DNA from: a virus | Lineage: Duplodnaviria > Caudoviricetes | Strand: one strand, 5' to 3' | Virus record (IMG/VR): IMGVR_UViG_3300020401_000071 | Span: 1-27,904 of that record | DNA: 27,904 bases | In this document: positions 17,219 through 26,822 of the stretch, one piece after another | Layout: each line of letters starts with the position of its first letter | Position numbering within the stretch: position 1 is the stretch's first letter | Position numbers and translations under genes: made by a program | The notes under the pieces: generated by a model | What the model was told of the DNA's origin: nothing | Database searches by the model: none | What the model saw: only the letters and a program-made list of their open reading frames with translations

Positions 17219-19486
17219 TTAAAATGCTACCTCTACTATCATTCCATTTATTTGTAAATCTAACGGAAAAGATTGTGATACTGTTACTCTTGGATCACGA
17301 CTATATCCTAATAATCTAAACTCTTCTTTACCAGTTATAGCAGTTCTATCTGCTGACATATCATCTGTAACATTTCTTATAACTAAATCTCTTGTTGTTG
17401 AAGTGGCATTAGGACCACTTACACTAACAGCAAGTGTTTGAAATAAATCTAATGTTACTTTTGGTATTTGTCTAGGCTCTCCAGTCAAAGGTCCTCCTTG
17501 TATCTGTGCATCTATAGGTAATGTTTTAATTGTAGGTGTAAAAGCATAACCAATAAATGCTTGTGTTATTCCAGTTTTAACACTACTAACATCTATTTGT
17601 CCACCTGATACTGTAAATGTACCAAGAAAGTCATTGCCATTTGTAGCTTTTACAGTAGCACCATTACTAAAATGTGAAGTCAAACTTCCAAACACACTAG
17701 AACTACCACTAAAAGTATTACAAAAATCCATTGGCATATCATCTTGAAACTCCTCAAGAAATAACTTTGTTGTTCCAGAGCCATCATCTCTTGCACATAC
17801 AACAAATAATCTTTCATGTACTGCACATATACTATGCCATAATCCTTGTGTGTTCCATAGACTCCAACCTGCTTTTTGATCTCCTCTTATAGAATAGAAT
17901 ACAGCAATAGTGCCATCATTATTAATTAAAAAAGCATATGACTCACTTCTATTTAATGCACCTTTAATAGAAGTTTGTTGTACTGGATCAAGTATAAGAT
18001 GTGGTGCAAGACCTGATACTGCTACAGAAGTATAAGCACCTTCTGCATCTGTAAATAAAAATTCTCTTAATGCACTACCAGTTTTCTGTATAAATAAAGT
18101 TGCACCATCAAATACTGTTGGTCTTACAAAACTACTGCCAAAAGGTGTTTGTCTTCTTATCTGTGCATTAGAAGGTGTAACTGGTTTATTAGATATAGTA
18201 GGAATAAATAACTCTGCACCAGTAGTAAATATCTGTAAATCACGATTAGATACTAAATGTCTTATAGAAAATATCTCACCAACATTAGCAGTTAAATCTA
18301 AAGCATCATTATCTTCTGCATCACCTACATCAAAGTTAAAAAACAATCCTGATCTACTACCCCAAATACCATCAGGTTGTGCAAGTGTTCCACCAAACCA
18401 CAATCTATTTTGATGAAATGTAACAGCAGCAGGATATCCTCTACGAGCAGAATAACTTTGTTCACTAAACTCAGATGTTGCAGCACCAGTCACTATTCTT
18501 GGACTACCACCACCAATAGCACTAGATGTAGCAGTTGCACTACTACCTGCTGTAAACTCAAAAGTGTTTTCATCAGGAACAGCAGTTATTGTTCTTGAAC
18601 CATTTATATTACCATTAGCTATACCACCAACTGCACCTGCTCTTTCTATAGTAATTGAAGCACCAGTTGCCAGTCCATGTAATGCTTTAGTAACTCTAAC
18701 TGTACCACTACCTTCAAAAACTTCTATACTATCAGTTTCCAGTTGTTGTCGTAATGTTCCTTGTATAGTCGCAGTTACATTTTGCTCATCAGTAAATCCA
18801 GTTATTCTTGCTCTAGTTTCACCAATCAGCAAATCAACACCTACATGATCTGATTTAAAATAATTTGCTGATGTAGTTAGTGTTACACTACCAGTCGTGC
18901 CACTAGCAGTAATAGTCATGCCTAAAGGTTGAAAACTAAAATATGGCTGAAATATGTCATTACCATCTCTTGATGTATCAAAGTTAAAAGTAGATACAGT
19001 AAATGTAGTAAGACCAGTTCTTTCTAATATTCTTGTTTGAAATGTATTATGACATATAAACATTAGATCGCCTTGCTGTGCAAATGTAATCTCTTCAAGA
19101 TAAGGCGCTGATGTTGTATTAACTAACCATGATTGACTTGTTAATGATTGTACTGAAGATACAGTTCCATCAGTAGGACTTATTTGAAATATTTCTATTC
19201 TTGTATTGCTAAATGCTATTATATATTTCTCATCATCTGAGAATATAAAAGGTTCTATTCTTACACTTTGTCTAAGACTTGCTAATGCTGTAAATGCAGG
19301 ATTACTGCCAAAGTTATGTAGTCTTTTAGTTCCAGTTCTTTTTTTTAGACCACCTTCTGATCTAATAAAAAAGTTTCTAACTTCTTCTGCTGCATTTGTA
19401 TATACTTTAGTATCTGTTCTTGATGTCAAAGCAGGACTAACTTCACCAAACTGAAAGTTATTTAATGGCACTCTTATTCTTGCCAT
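17219..19486 (-). CDS. Tail tubular protein B / nozzle (T7 gp12-like)
   Basis: NNFQFGEVSP start, GGLKKRTGT, GYPAAVTFHQNRLWFGG motifs; 755 aa. Confidence 0.88.
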   Translation of the reverse strand: MARIRVPLNNFQFGEVSPALTSRTDTKVYTNAAEEVRNFFIRSEGGLKKRTGTKRLHNFGSNPAFTALASLRQSVRIEPFIFSDDEKYIIAFSNTRIEIFQISPTDGTVSSVQSLTSQSWLVNTTSAPYLEEITFAQQGDLMFICHNTFQTRILERTGLTTFTVSTFNFDTSRDGNDIFQPYFSFQPLGMTITASGTTGSVTLTTSANYFKSDHVGVDLLIGETRARITGFTDEQNVTATIQGTLRQQLETDSIEVFEGSGTVRVTKALHGLATGASITIERAGAVGGIANGNINGSRTITAVPDENTFEFTAGSSATATSSAIGGGSPRIVTGAATSEFSEQSYSARRGYPAAVTFHQNRLWFGGTLAQPDGIWGSRSGLFFNFDVGDAEDNDALDLTANVGEIFSIRHLVSNRDLQIFTTGAELFIPTISNKPVTPSNAQIRRQTPFGSSFVRPTVFDGATLFIQKTGSALREFLFTDAEGAYTSVAVSGLAPHLILDPVQQTSIKGALNRSESYAFLINNDGTIAVFYSIRGDQKAGWSLWNTQGLWHSICAVHERLFVVCARDDGSGTTKLFLEEFQDDMPMDFCNTFSGSSSVFGSLTSHFSNGATVKATNGNDFLGTFTVSGGQIDVSSVKTGITQAFIGYAFTPTIKTLPIDAQIQGGPLTGEPRQIPKVTLDLFQTLAVSVSGPNATSTTRDLVIRNVTDDMSADRTAITGKEEFRLLGYSRDPRVTVSQSFPLDLQINGMIVEVAF

Positions 19487-20077
19487 TTAACTTCTCCTAT
19501 CAGTAATAAATCTTCTTGTAGATAATCTTCTTGAAGTTTGCTGTTGTGAATCTAAGTTCCTAGCTTTTGCTAATAGTTGTTGTGCTTTCTGTTCTATTCT
19601 AACCATCAAAGCATCATCTCTTGCTATAGATGTAGCAAAGATAGAAGCTAAAGCATACTCTACTGCTAAAGAAAAATAACTAGGAAATGTATTTTCTTTT
19701 GCTCTAAAAGTAAAATCAGCAATTAAAGTATCTTGTGTAGACTGATCAGAAAATACTTTGTCACCATAGACAGTAAAATCTACAAGAGCATCATTAACTG
19801 TAATGGTATGAACAACTAAAGTATCTGTAGGTAATTGATGTGCGATAGTAAATCTGCCAGTTGGTGCATCTGTTAATTGTGCCAACTCAGCTTGTTCTGT
19901 AGCAAATCTCCATCTTGCACTAGATAAAGTTGCTCTGACAACATCTTCATACATATTTGTAGCAACAACTGCTTCACTACTATCATCTCCAAAACTTGTA
20001 ATAGGTTCTGCACCAATAAGTATTAATGCTCTTGAAGCTATGTCGATTGCTGAATTTGCTGCAGTACTTGTTGTCAT
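19487..20077 (-). CDS. Tail tubular protein A / adaptor (T7 gp11-like)
   Basis: IASRALILIGAEPITSF...WRFAT...HQLPTD pattern; size and synteny fit. Confidence 0.85.
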   Translation of the reverse strand: MTTSTAANSAIDIASRALILIGAEPITSFGDDSSEAVVATNMYEDVVRATLSSARWRFATEQAELAQLTDAPTGRFTIAHQLPTDTLVVHTITVNDALVDFTVYGDKVFSDQSTQDTLIADFTFRAKENTFPSYFSLAVEYALASIFATSIARDDALMVRIEQKAQQLLAKARNLDSQQQTSRRLSTRRFITDRRS

Positions 20078-20084
20078 ATAAGAT

Positions 20085-20104
20085 GAGGGGGATTACTCCC
20101 CCTC
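20085..20104 (-). terminator. Hairpin after the capsid genes (terminator/attenuator)
   Basis: Minus strand GAGGGGGA-GTAA-TCCCCCTC (8 bp, GNRA loop) followed by ATCTTAT. Confidence 0.7.
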
Positions 20105-20108
20105 CCTT

Positions 20109-20414
20109 TTAATCGCTATCGGCTGTACTTAAGTCTGAACCATCACCACAGTCTATTGCTGTGGCTGATACAGATTTAACTACTGTAGCAGATAAAGTTT
20201 TATGGGTTGAATTAGCATCACATATAAGAACAACATCACCTTCTTTCATCATTCCTAATGCTGATTGACCATTCATTTCACCACCAGTTGCATCTGCTGT
20301 AGAAAAATAGTTTGCTGCTCTTACTACAGACAAAGCATCATTTGAGGTGTAGTACCATAGATTAACACCACTACCACCTGCTAGTCGTGTTAAGTTACTT
20401 AAATCTAAAGCCAT
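20109..20414 (-). CDS. Putative capsid decoration/minor head protein
   Basis: Directly after the major capsid and before the hairpin; AGGAG RBS; LWYYTSNDALSVVRAANYF motif. Confidence 0.6.
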   Translation of the reverse strand: MALDLSNLTRLAGGSGVNLWYYTSNDALSVVRAANYFSTADATGGEMNGQSALGMMKEGDVVLICDANSTHKTLSATVVKSVSATAIDCGDGSDLSTADSD

Positions 20415-20423
20415 AATCTACTC

Positions 20424-21239
20424 CTATGTATTGTTATCAAGAACTTCGTACACGCCATTGTCATCAATGACAGTAGCACCCATTGACATCATTGAAGTTG
20501 CCAAGTGTGATACTTTTTCAGCGACATAGTTCAGTTCAGTTGTTACGTCTGCACCAATACCAAGACCTATAGCAGTTGTATGATATGCTATATTCTTACC
20601 TGCTGTAATTGCAGCAGTTGAGAATATCTTAAATCCTAAGAACTCTTTCATTGTCATACCACCTGCAAAAGGTAGATTTTGCTCACCAACAAAGTCTGAT
20701 GATGCAAACTCATTAATTAAAAATAAGTCAGCATATCCTTTTGGGTGCATAGCTAAATATCTCTGTCCATCTTCAGGTATATTTGCAGTACCAAAAGTTT
20801 CAAACAATGTTAACAAGTCAGCCTTCTCAACTGCACCACTGGTATCGTGAATTTGTGTTGAGTTAGCACCTGAGTCCATAGCTGTATACAGCAACTCATC
20901 AGTCTTACGACCTAGAGCAGCAGCAGCACTTGTTGCTATTGCTTGTCTTTCATCAATGTTAGTTTTTAACTCATCTAACTTATCGATAAACTCTGCAGCA
21001 AAAAAGTCTTGCATTGTTACACTTACATTAGTGTGAGCTAGTTCCATTGGTGTTACTTGTCCATTTCTAGACTTAGTAGTTGCAGTTCCAGTACCAATCT
21101 TTTGAAATCTTACTGTGTTTCCATTCACATTACTTACTGTACGAACAGTATTTCTAAGTTTACTGCCCATTCTCTGATAAGCTAAATGAACTTCTGTTTC
21201 GAACTGCGTAATAAAGGCTTGATCTATTGTGTTAGCCAT
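20424..21239 (-). CDS. Major capsid protein
   Basis: IDQAFITQFETEVHLAYQRMGSKLRNTV, AAALGRKTDE motifs; AGGAG RBS; synteny after scaffold. Confidence 0.9.
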   Translation of the reverse strand: MANTIDQAFITQFETEVHLAYQRMGSKLRNTVRTVSNVNGNTVRFQKIGTGTATTKSRNGQVTPMELAHTNVSVTMQDFFAAEFIDKLDELKTNIDERQAIATSAAAALGRKTDELLYTAMDSGANSTQIHDTSGAVEKADLLTLFETFGTANIPEDGQRYLAMHPKGYADLFLINEFASSDFVGEQNLPFAGGMTMKEFLGFKIFSTAAITAGKNIAYHTTAIGLGIGADVTTELNYVAEKVSHLATSMMSMGATVIDDNGVYEVLDNNT

Positions 21240-21314
21240 TACACTCTCCTATTAAAAGTTATTTACATTTCCAGTTATCTACTCTTTGTATCATCTAGTT
21301 ATCCAATAGGGCTA

Positions 21315-21827
21315 TCAACATTGAATAGGCTGTTCTTCTTTATTTATCAAAATTTTATCGCCTTTGCAACGAACAAATCTAAAAACCTTAAAACTATTTA
21401 ATTTTATAGGTGGTGTCATCAACTCAAAACCTAAAAACTGTAGCCAATCTATAGTATGTTTATGATCTGCAGGTACTACATTTTCTAGTTGATAATACTG
21501 TTCTTGATAGTAATTTACTACAGATTGTGACCATCTTATAAACTTACGACCTCTTTTTTCTATTTCATAACTACCAAGAAGCCATATTCTTCCTATCATC
21601 ATATCCATAATTGGATTCACACCAAACATACAGATTGGTTGACCATCTATAATACAAGTATAGTTCTCACCTTTTTCTCTTACACCTGACATTAAAGCAC
21701 GAAAAGGTGATGCACCATGTATTATACATTCTCGTACATCACTATCTCTTAGATTATGTTGTAATATGTTAGCGTGTTCTGATGTAGCTTTAGCTATGCT
21801 AAAGCCATCATAAACACCTTCACCCAT
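21315..21827 (-). CDS. T7 gp13-like / DUF2833-like protein with GNAT-like fold
   Basis: NLRDSDVREC, PICMFGV, GRIWLLGS, LENVV...TIDWLQFLGF motifs. ATG 21827 overlaps the scaffold end and is preferred over the longer track start. Confidence 0.75.
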   Translation of the reverse strand: MGEGVYDGFSIAKATSEHANILQHNLRDSDVRECIIHGASPFRALMSGVREKGENYTCIIDGQPICMFGVNPIMDMMIGRIWLLGSYEIEKRGRKFIRWSQSVVNYYQEQYYQLENVVPADHKHTIDWLQFLGFELMTPPIKLNSFKVFRFVRCKGDKILINKEEQPIQC

Positions 21828-22572
21828 AAAGTTTCTTAAAATTGGCTTCGACTTCTCTAACATAATTCATGTCTCTTTGTTTATTATCCCAATACCTAGG
21901 ATCACGCATTGCTGCTTCAAGATCACCTTGCGTTAGTTTACTTGGTTGTGCAACTTCTTGCTGTGGATTCATTCCTTTAAATTTTTCTTGTATAAGTTCT
22001 AATGCCATTATACCTTCTTTACTTGTGCCAAGCTGTGCCACAGCATCTTGCATTTCAGGTTTAAAAAACTTTTGTATAAATAACTGTGTTGCTTCAACTC
22101 TTGCATTAGCATTATCACCTAAAGACTTTTTTATCTCTTCAGGATCAGTATCATTTAAACCATTATGCTCTGCCCATTTTTGTATACCTTCATCAAACTC
22201 TTCTTGTGATAATCCATTTGACCAAGAATAATCTGCCCACCATTTAAGAAGAGGATTAGTTGCTGCTTCTGCCTCATCTAATATTTCAGGTATTTGATAA
22301 TCACCTGCACTTGCAGGTCTATTAGCATAAGCCTCAGTTTCTAGTTCTTGTAATAAAGTATTACGAAGATCCTCTTCTTTTTTTCCTAATTTAGCTGAAA
22401 GTTCATCATATGATTTTTGTAAATCTTCTCCACTTTCAAACTTTTCATTTAGCCAAGATGGTCTTGGATTAGCTACTGGGTCTGCTACTGATTCAGTTGT
22501 GGGAGGATTACTTATCACATCTGATGTAGGCTCAGTAGCAGATTCTTGTGTTACTTGTTGTTCTTCATTCAT
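21820..22572 (-). CDS. Capsid assembly scaffolding protein
   Basis: Acidic; RPSWLNEKF..DLQKSYDEL and C-terminal MRDPRYW...KLYG motifs; between portal and capsid. Confidence 0.85.
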   Translation of the reverse strand: MNEEQQVTQESATEPTSDVISNPPTTESVADPVANPRPSWLNEKFESGEDLQKSYDELSAKLGKKEEDLRNTLLQELETEAYANRPASAGDYQIPEILDEAEAATNPLLKWWADYSWSNGLSQEEFDEGIQKWAEHNGLNDTDPEEIKKSLGDNANARVEATQLFIQKFFKPEMQDAVAQLGTSKEGIMALELIQEKFKGMNPQQEVAQPSKLTQGDLEAAMRDPRYWDNKQRDMNYVREVEANFKKLYG

Positions 22573-22822
22573 TTTTTAACCTCATTGCATGATTGATTCT
22601 TTTGACTATTAAAGCAACGAGATATCGTTGCCCTTCCAAGTGCCTTAGTTCGGCATCTGAAATATTACTGCCTGATACTGCTTCTATAGTTACAGACTTT
22701 AAATATTTTAAAACTTCTTGACCAGCAGGTGTCTTAAACAAAGATTCTATATTCTGAGATATTATTTTATCTTGTTCTTTACTTCGTGGGAATCCATCAA
22801 CCCCTAAGTTCTTCGGTTGCAT
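22565..22822 (-). CDS. Small conserved post-portal protein (Bbp19-like)
   Basis: GGAGG at 22834-22838 supports ATG 22822; LFKTPAGQEVLKYL...HLEGQRYLV motif. Confidence 0.75.
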   Translation of the reverse strand: MQPKNLGVDGFPRSKEQDKIISQNIESLFKTPAGQEVLKYLKSVTIEAVSGSNISDAELRHLEGQRYLVALIVKRINHAMRLKNE

Positions 22823-24341
22823 TTTGTGGTAATCCTCCTTGTTGTTGCATCTGTTGTGCCATCTGTACGATTTGCTCTCTTTCATCAGCATCACGAATTA
22901 GTTTATCAGGCACACCAAACTTCTTAGCAAGATATAGTGCAGTTTCTTCTGAAGAGATAAGTATGTTTAATATCTCAGGACCAAAAGAGTTAGCAACAGT
23001 TTGTAAGAATCTATTTAAAGAAACTATATCTTGATTGCTTTGTGCTTGTGCTAATGGAGATACACTTCTAATTTTTACTTCTCTTCCATTAACTGTTGGC
23101 ATTTCAATACGACCTTGTTTCTTAAGAATATACACTACTCTTTGTAAAACTGGTTGTACCATTTCTGCTTGTAGCCTACCAAAAGCAGAACCAATCTTTC
23201 TTGATAAGTCAGCCATTCTTTCTGCCACCTCTGTTGCAGAGGCAGGTGTTTTATTTGGATCACCTAACATATCATTATATAATGCTCTTTTAATATTACT
23301 TCTCATATCATTTAAAACTAAATTAGCTACATCAAAAGAACCTGCTGTTCTAATTGGCTGTAGTCCTTGAGTATTAGGTGCTTTAGGAATGACAGTCCCT
23401 GGCAAAAGATTTATTGTATCTACATTAATAACACCATCATCATCTATCTGATAGATACCTGATATAGCCATCTGTGCATTTTCTAATACAAGTTCTATAG
23501 TTAAGTTTGTAGTTTTGATTGCACTTAAAGCATTAACTGCAGGACCTCTGCCATAAACTTCACCTGATGCTTTGCTCCACCTAAAAGCTATAAATGGATT
23601 AGAACCAACACCTTCATAAGTTTCCTGCATAATCATTTGTTTATCAGCTACATCTATAACCATATAAGAATATCTTTCTTCATTTGGTTTGTCATATAAC
23701 TTACAAGATACTTCTAATATTTTAGTTTTAGCTTCAGGATTATTTTGTATTCTACTAGCAATATTAGGACTAACAACTGCATTAGGATATGCAATCATAA
23801 TATCTTCATTCTTCATCATTCGTTCTCTATAGATATGATCTACTTTACCATCAGGTCCAGTATCTAAAACAACATGAGGCAAAGGTATAGATTGAAAACG
23901 AATAGGATTAACAGCGTCACCTTCCATGACACAAAGTACAGCAGTACCCAAAGCCAAGTCGATAAAGCACTCGTGTATCTCTTGGGCAAAATTTGATGTT
24001 TGCAATATTTCAAATACATAATCTGTTACACTATCAAGAGCATTATTAATATCATCTTTTTCTTCCTCTGGAACTTCTTGTCCAGTTACAAAGTCTGCCC
24101 ATCTTGCAAAGTTTGGAGTTAATCCTGATTGCAATCTTGATGCAAACTCTTGTATCCCTACAACTGCTGTTTCATCAAATATCTTATCATCTCTTCTTTG
24201 ACCTGCAGAATAATTTTTAAAACCTTGTCTTTGTGGCAAACAATATTCAAAAATCTCATCATAGAGTTCTTCAAACTCTCGCCTTATAGCTAGAGCTTTC
24301 TCATATTTTTGAATCATTATATCAGCAGTTTTTTCGTGCAT
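22797..24341 (-). CDS. Portal / head-to-tail connector (T7 gp8-like)
   Basis: FASRLQSGLTP, RWSKASGEVYGRGP, SATEVAER, SPLAQAQ motifs; 514 aa. Confidence 0.93.
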   Translation of the reverse strand: MHEKTADIMIQKYEKALAIRREFEELYDEIFEYCLPQRQGFKNYSAGQRRDDKIFDETAVVGIQEFASRLQSGLTPNFARWADFVTGQEVPEEEKDDINNALDSVTDYVFEILQTSNFAQEIHECFIDLALGTAVLCVMEGDAVNPIRFQSIPLPHVVLDTGPDGKVDHIYRERMMKNEDIMIAYPNAVVSPNIASRIQNNPEAKTKILEVSCKLYDKPNEERYSYMVIDVADKQMIMQETYEGVGSNPFIAFRWSKASGEVYGRGPAVNALSAIKTTNLTIELVLENAQMAISGIYQIDDDGVINVDTINLLPGTVIPKAPNTQGLQPIRTAGSFDVANLVLNDMRSNIKRALYNDMLGDPNKTPASATEVAERMADLSRKIGSAFGRLQAEMVQPVLQRVVYILKKQGRIEMPTVNGREVKIRSVSPLAQAQSNQDIVSLNRFLQTVANSFGPEILNILISSEETALYLAKKFGVPDKLIRDADEREQIVQMAQQMQQQGGLPQNATEELRG

Positions 24342-24568
24342 TAGTCTTGATACTCATTGTAAAAACCTATACCACCACCTGAACCTCTTAAGAGCGAACG
24401 TCTGCCAGTACCTTTTCTTTGTCTTGTAATATTTTGTTCTAGCACATCTTGTCTTGCTTCTTTTCTTTCAGCAGTTGCTACTTCTGTTTGTGCTTCTCTT
24501 TCTAATTTAGCCTCTGTCTCCTCTTTAGTTGGAGGTGGTGGACTTGGACTTCTACTTGGTAGACACAT
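24341..24568 (-). CDS. Small pre-portal virion protein
   Basis: MC start, Pro-rich, GRRSLL motif; AAGGAG RBS; TAATG coupling to the portal. Confidence 0.7.
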   Translation of the reverse strand: MCLPSRSPSPPPPTKEETEAKLEREAQTEVATAERKEARQDVLEQNITRQRKGTGRRSLLRGSGGGIGFYNEYQD

Positions 24569-24579
24569 AATTTACTCCT

Positions 24580-26100
24580 TTACATTCTTGCCCATAAACC
24601 TTGTCTTCTTGCAGGTTTTGCTTTTCTTTGAAATACATCATAGTCAACTCGTGCATTAAATGTTTCTAATGGTTTGTTCATACCTAACACTTGCCTTCCC
24701 TCACCTGCACCCAACATAAGATACTGCATAGCATCATGGATATGTGAGTATCTATCCTTTAAAGGTTTATCTTCATATCGTTCTCCTGATACTTGGAGTC
24801 TGCGATATTGATAACCCCCTTCAAATCCTTTTACCAATTCTTTACACCTAAAGTCAATTAAAATCCCTGATTGACCATCTACCATTCTATTTAAAACTGT
24901 AGAAACAGACTCTATTCTAAGTGCTACATCATTACTTGTTGTAGGTCTAGCCATCAATCCTGCACCTCGTAAAACCTGAAAAGGAGTGCTTTCATCTGTC
25001 TGCGCCCTAAAGTCACCTGCAGGATCACCATAAATATTTACTTCTAAGTTTCCATAGCGTGTTGCTATTTCTGAACGTAACAGTTCTGCAAACCTAACAA
25101 TACCCATATCAAATGCTACAAGTTCTTGTAAGATAAGCCAACGACCACGAACCTTTTGACCAAAAACAGCAGCAGGTGTAAGTCCAAAGTCCAGTCCAAT
25201 ATAAAGAGGTACACCATCTGCAACTGGTATTTCTTCTTTTGATACATGAGTATCTGCAACAAACATATTGTAAACTGGCTTACCATCTTGTATAGAACCA
25301 AGCCTATTCATTACATATACATCAATCCAAGACTTTGTTTTACCTTGAACAAGATTAGGATAATATGATTCTAAAATATTTTTTCTATTTTCTGCTTTGT
25401 CATTCGGCTCATATCCAATAACAGTACCATCATCATCTTTCTTTTCTATCATACCACTAGGCTGAGTAAAGAACTGCCAGTTATCAGGCTTGATTAACAT
25501 ACGACTTTCTTCAATAGAGATATGATCAGGTACTGGCACAGCACCACTCATTATTGACCACCAATGATCTTCTTCAGGACTATTGGTATCACAGATAACA
25601 CCTGACCAAGTTGCACCTCCATCTTTAACAGAAGGATATCTACCAACTCTCATAGTACAAGCATCTATAATTGACTTAGGTATTTCCCTAGCTTCATTGA
25701 CCCATACCCCAGTAAGTTCTAAAGATAATAACTTCTTAACATCTTCAGGTCTATCAAGTGCCAAAAAGATAACCTCCATCTCAAGATCACCTGCTGTTAT
25801 ATTATGAGTATAAGGAACTGACCAAGCAAACTTACCCCAATCATTTTCAGGAAACCAATCAAGCCAAGTCTTTATTGTTGTTGTTCTAAGTTGTGGATTT
25901 GTATTTCTTATAATTGCCCATCTACTTTTTCGTTTACCTGACTTATCAGGTTCTTGCATCAAGGCTCTTCTAAATATTTCTATACTACAAGCAACGGACT
26001 TGCCACTACCAACTGGACCTCTAATGCCACGAAAAAAAGTATTATCTTTCATAAAACTTTTAAGGACATCTCCATCAGGCTTGTATTTAAACTGTATCAA
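24580..26100 (-). CDS. terL: Terminase large subunit
   Basis: Walker A GPVGSGKS, Walker B VWVNE, DTN coupling motif, nuclease IGLDFG and SHIHDAMQY; TTG start. Confidence 0.95.
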   Translation of the reverse strand: MIQFKYKPDGDVLKSFMKDNTFFRGIRGPVGSGKSVACSIEIFRRALMQEPDKSGKRKSRWAIIRNTNPQLRTTTIKTWLDWFPENDWGKFAWSVPYTHNITAGDLEMEVIFLALDRPEDVKKLLSLELTGVWVNEAREIPKSIIDACTMRVGRYPSVKDGGATWSGVICDTNSPEEDHWWSIMSGAVPVPDHISIEESRMLIKPDNWQFFTQPSGMIEKKDDDGTVIGYEPNDKAENRKNILESYYPNLVQGKTKSWIDVYVMNRLGSIQDGKPVYNMFVADTHVSKEEIPVADGVPLYIGLDFGLTPAAVFGQKVRGRWLILQELVAFDMGIVRFAELLRSEIATRYGNLEVNIYGDPAGDFRAQTDESTPFQVLRGAGLMARPTTSNDVALRIESVSTVLNRMVDGQSGILIDFRCKELVKGFEGGYQYRRLQVSGERYEDKPLKDRYSHIHDAMQYLMLGAGEGRQVLGMNKPLETFNARVDYDVFQRKAKPARRQGLWARM

Positions 26101-26281
26101 TCTTTGTGTTCTTTCCTACCCTTAATAACTTATCAACTGTTTCAGGACCAACAGCAGCAATAACTTTATCAGCTTCTAAGTCTGTACAAAATTGTTCAGG
26201 GTGATGTTTGAGATGCACTCTCTTTACAACTAAACGAAGTATTCTTCGTTCTTCAGGTTTTAGTGTGTGTAAAAATGTCAT
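26087..26281 (-). CDS. Hypothetical 64-aa protein
   Basis: Overlaps the terL start; fits the operon. Confidence 0.7.
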   Translation of the reverse strand: MTFLHTLKPEERRILRLVVKRVHLKHHPEQFCTDLEADKVIAAVGPETVDKLLRVGKNTKIDTV

Positions 26282-26290
26282 TACTTAAAC

Positions 26291-26551
26291 CTAGCTAAAA
26301 CTTCTAAACTTCTTCGTTTTTCTAGCAATCGCTTTTGGCTGTTTAGAAACTTGTTTTCCTCTTCGAGTTGCTTTACGCTTTTCAGCCGAAGTCTTGGCGT
26401 ATTCAGAGGCAGAAAGAGCCTTAATTGCCGCTTCAGGTAAATAACGTTCGCCAGTTGCTTTACTCCCTTGTGTACTAGGTTTACCTGATTTGGTTCTCCA
26501 TTTCTGTCTTGTCCAAGCACGAAGCGACCTTTGTGATTTACTAAGTGACAT
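26291..26551 (-). CDS. Basic 86-aa protein (W-T-x-Q-K-W-R-T / ERYLP motif)
   Basis: Very Lys/Arg-rich; overlaps the upstream ORF by 11 nt. Confidence 0.8.
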   Translation of the reverse strand: MSLSKSQRSLRAWTRQKWRTKSGKPSTQGSKATGERYLPEAAIKALSASEYAKTSAEKRKATRRGKQVSKQPKAIARKTKKFRSFS

Positions 26552-26822
26552 TCTTTTGTTTCCTCAAAGTATCTTTACCTTTTTTAAAAATATTTACAAC
26601 TGCTCTTTTTTTCATAACCTTTGCTCTTTGTTCTCCAACAGTTAGTATCTGTATCTTACGAGCATAAGGTTTCTTAATCCTCATAACCTTACGAACAGTT
26701 GCACGAGCATCAGCAGGTGTAGCAAATTTTATAGATACAGTATCTCTAGGGTTCTCATCTGTATAAAGTCTGCGACCAGTTCCCTTTGGTTTCTTACCAG
26801 TACCTACTTTAGGATCAGCCAT
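26541..26822 (-). CDS. Basic 93-aa hypothetical protein (GRRLYTDENP motif)
   Basis: TAATG coupling; Lys/Arg-rich. Confidence 0.8.
   Translation of the reverse strand: MADPKVGTGKKPKGTGRRLYTDENPRDTVSIKFATPADARATVRKVMRIKKPYARKIQILTVGEQRAKVMKKRAVVNIFKKGKDTLRKQKNVT

Noticed and set aside
20412-20426. Capsid stop read-through into the in-frame downstream gene (TAG GAG TAG ATT ATG), or amber recoding
   Set aside because: Two amber codons would need to be read through. The first TAG is simply part of the AGGAG RBS, a TAGG arrangement also seen at other gene junctions here. Genes are intact in the standard code.
26281-26520. 79-aa alternative-frame ORF
   Set aside because: Almost wholly overlaps the motif-bearing 86-aa ORF; no RBS.
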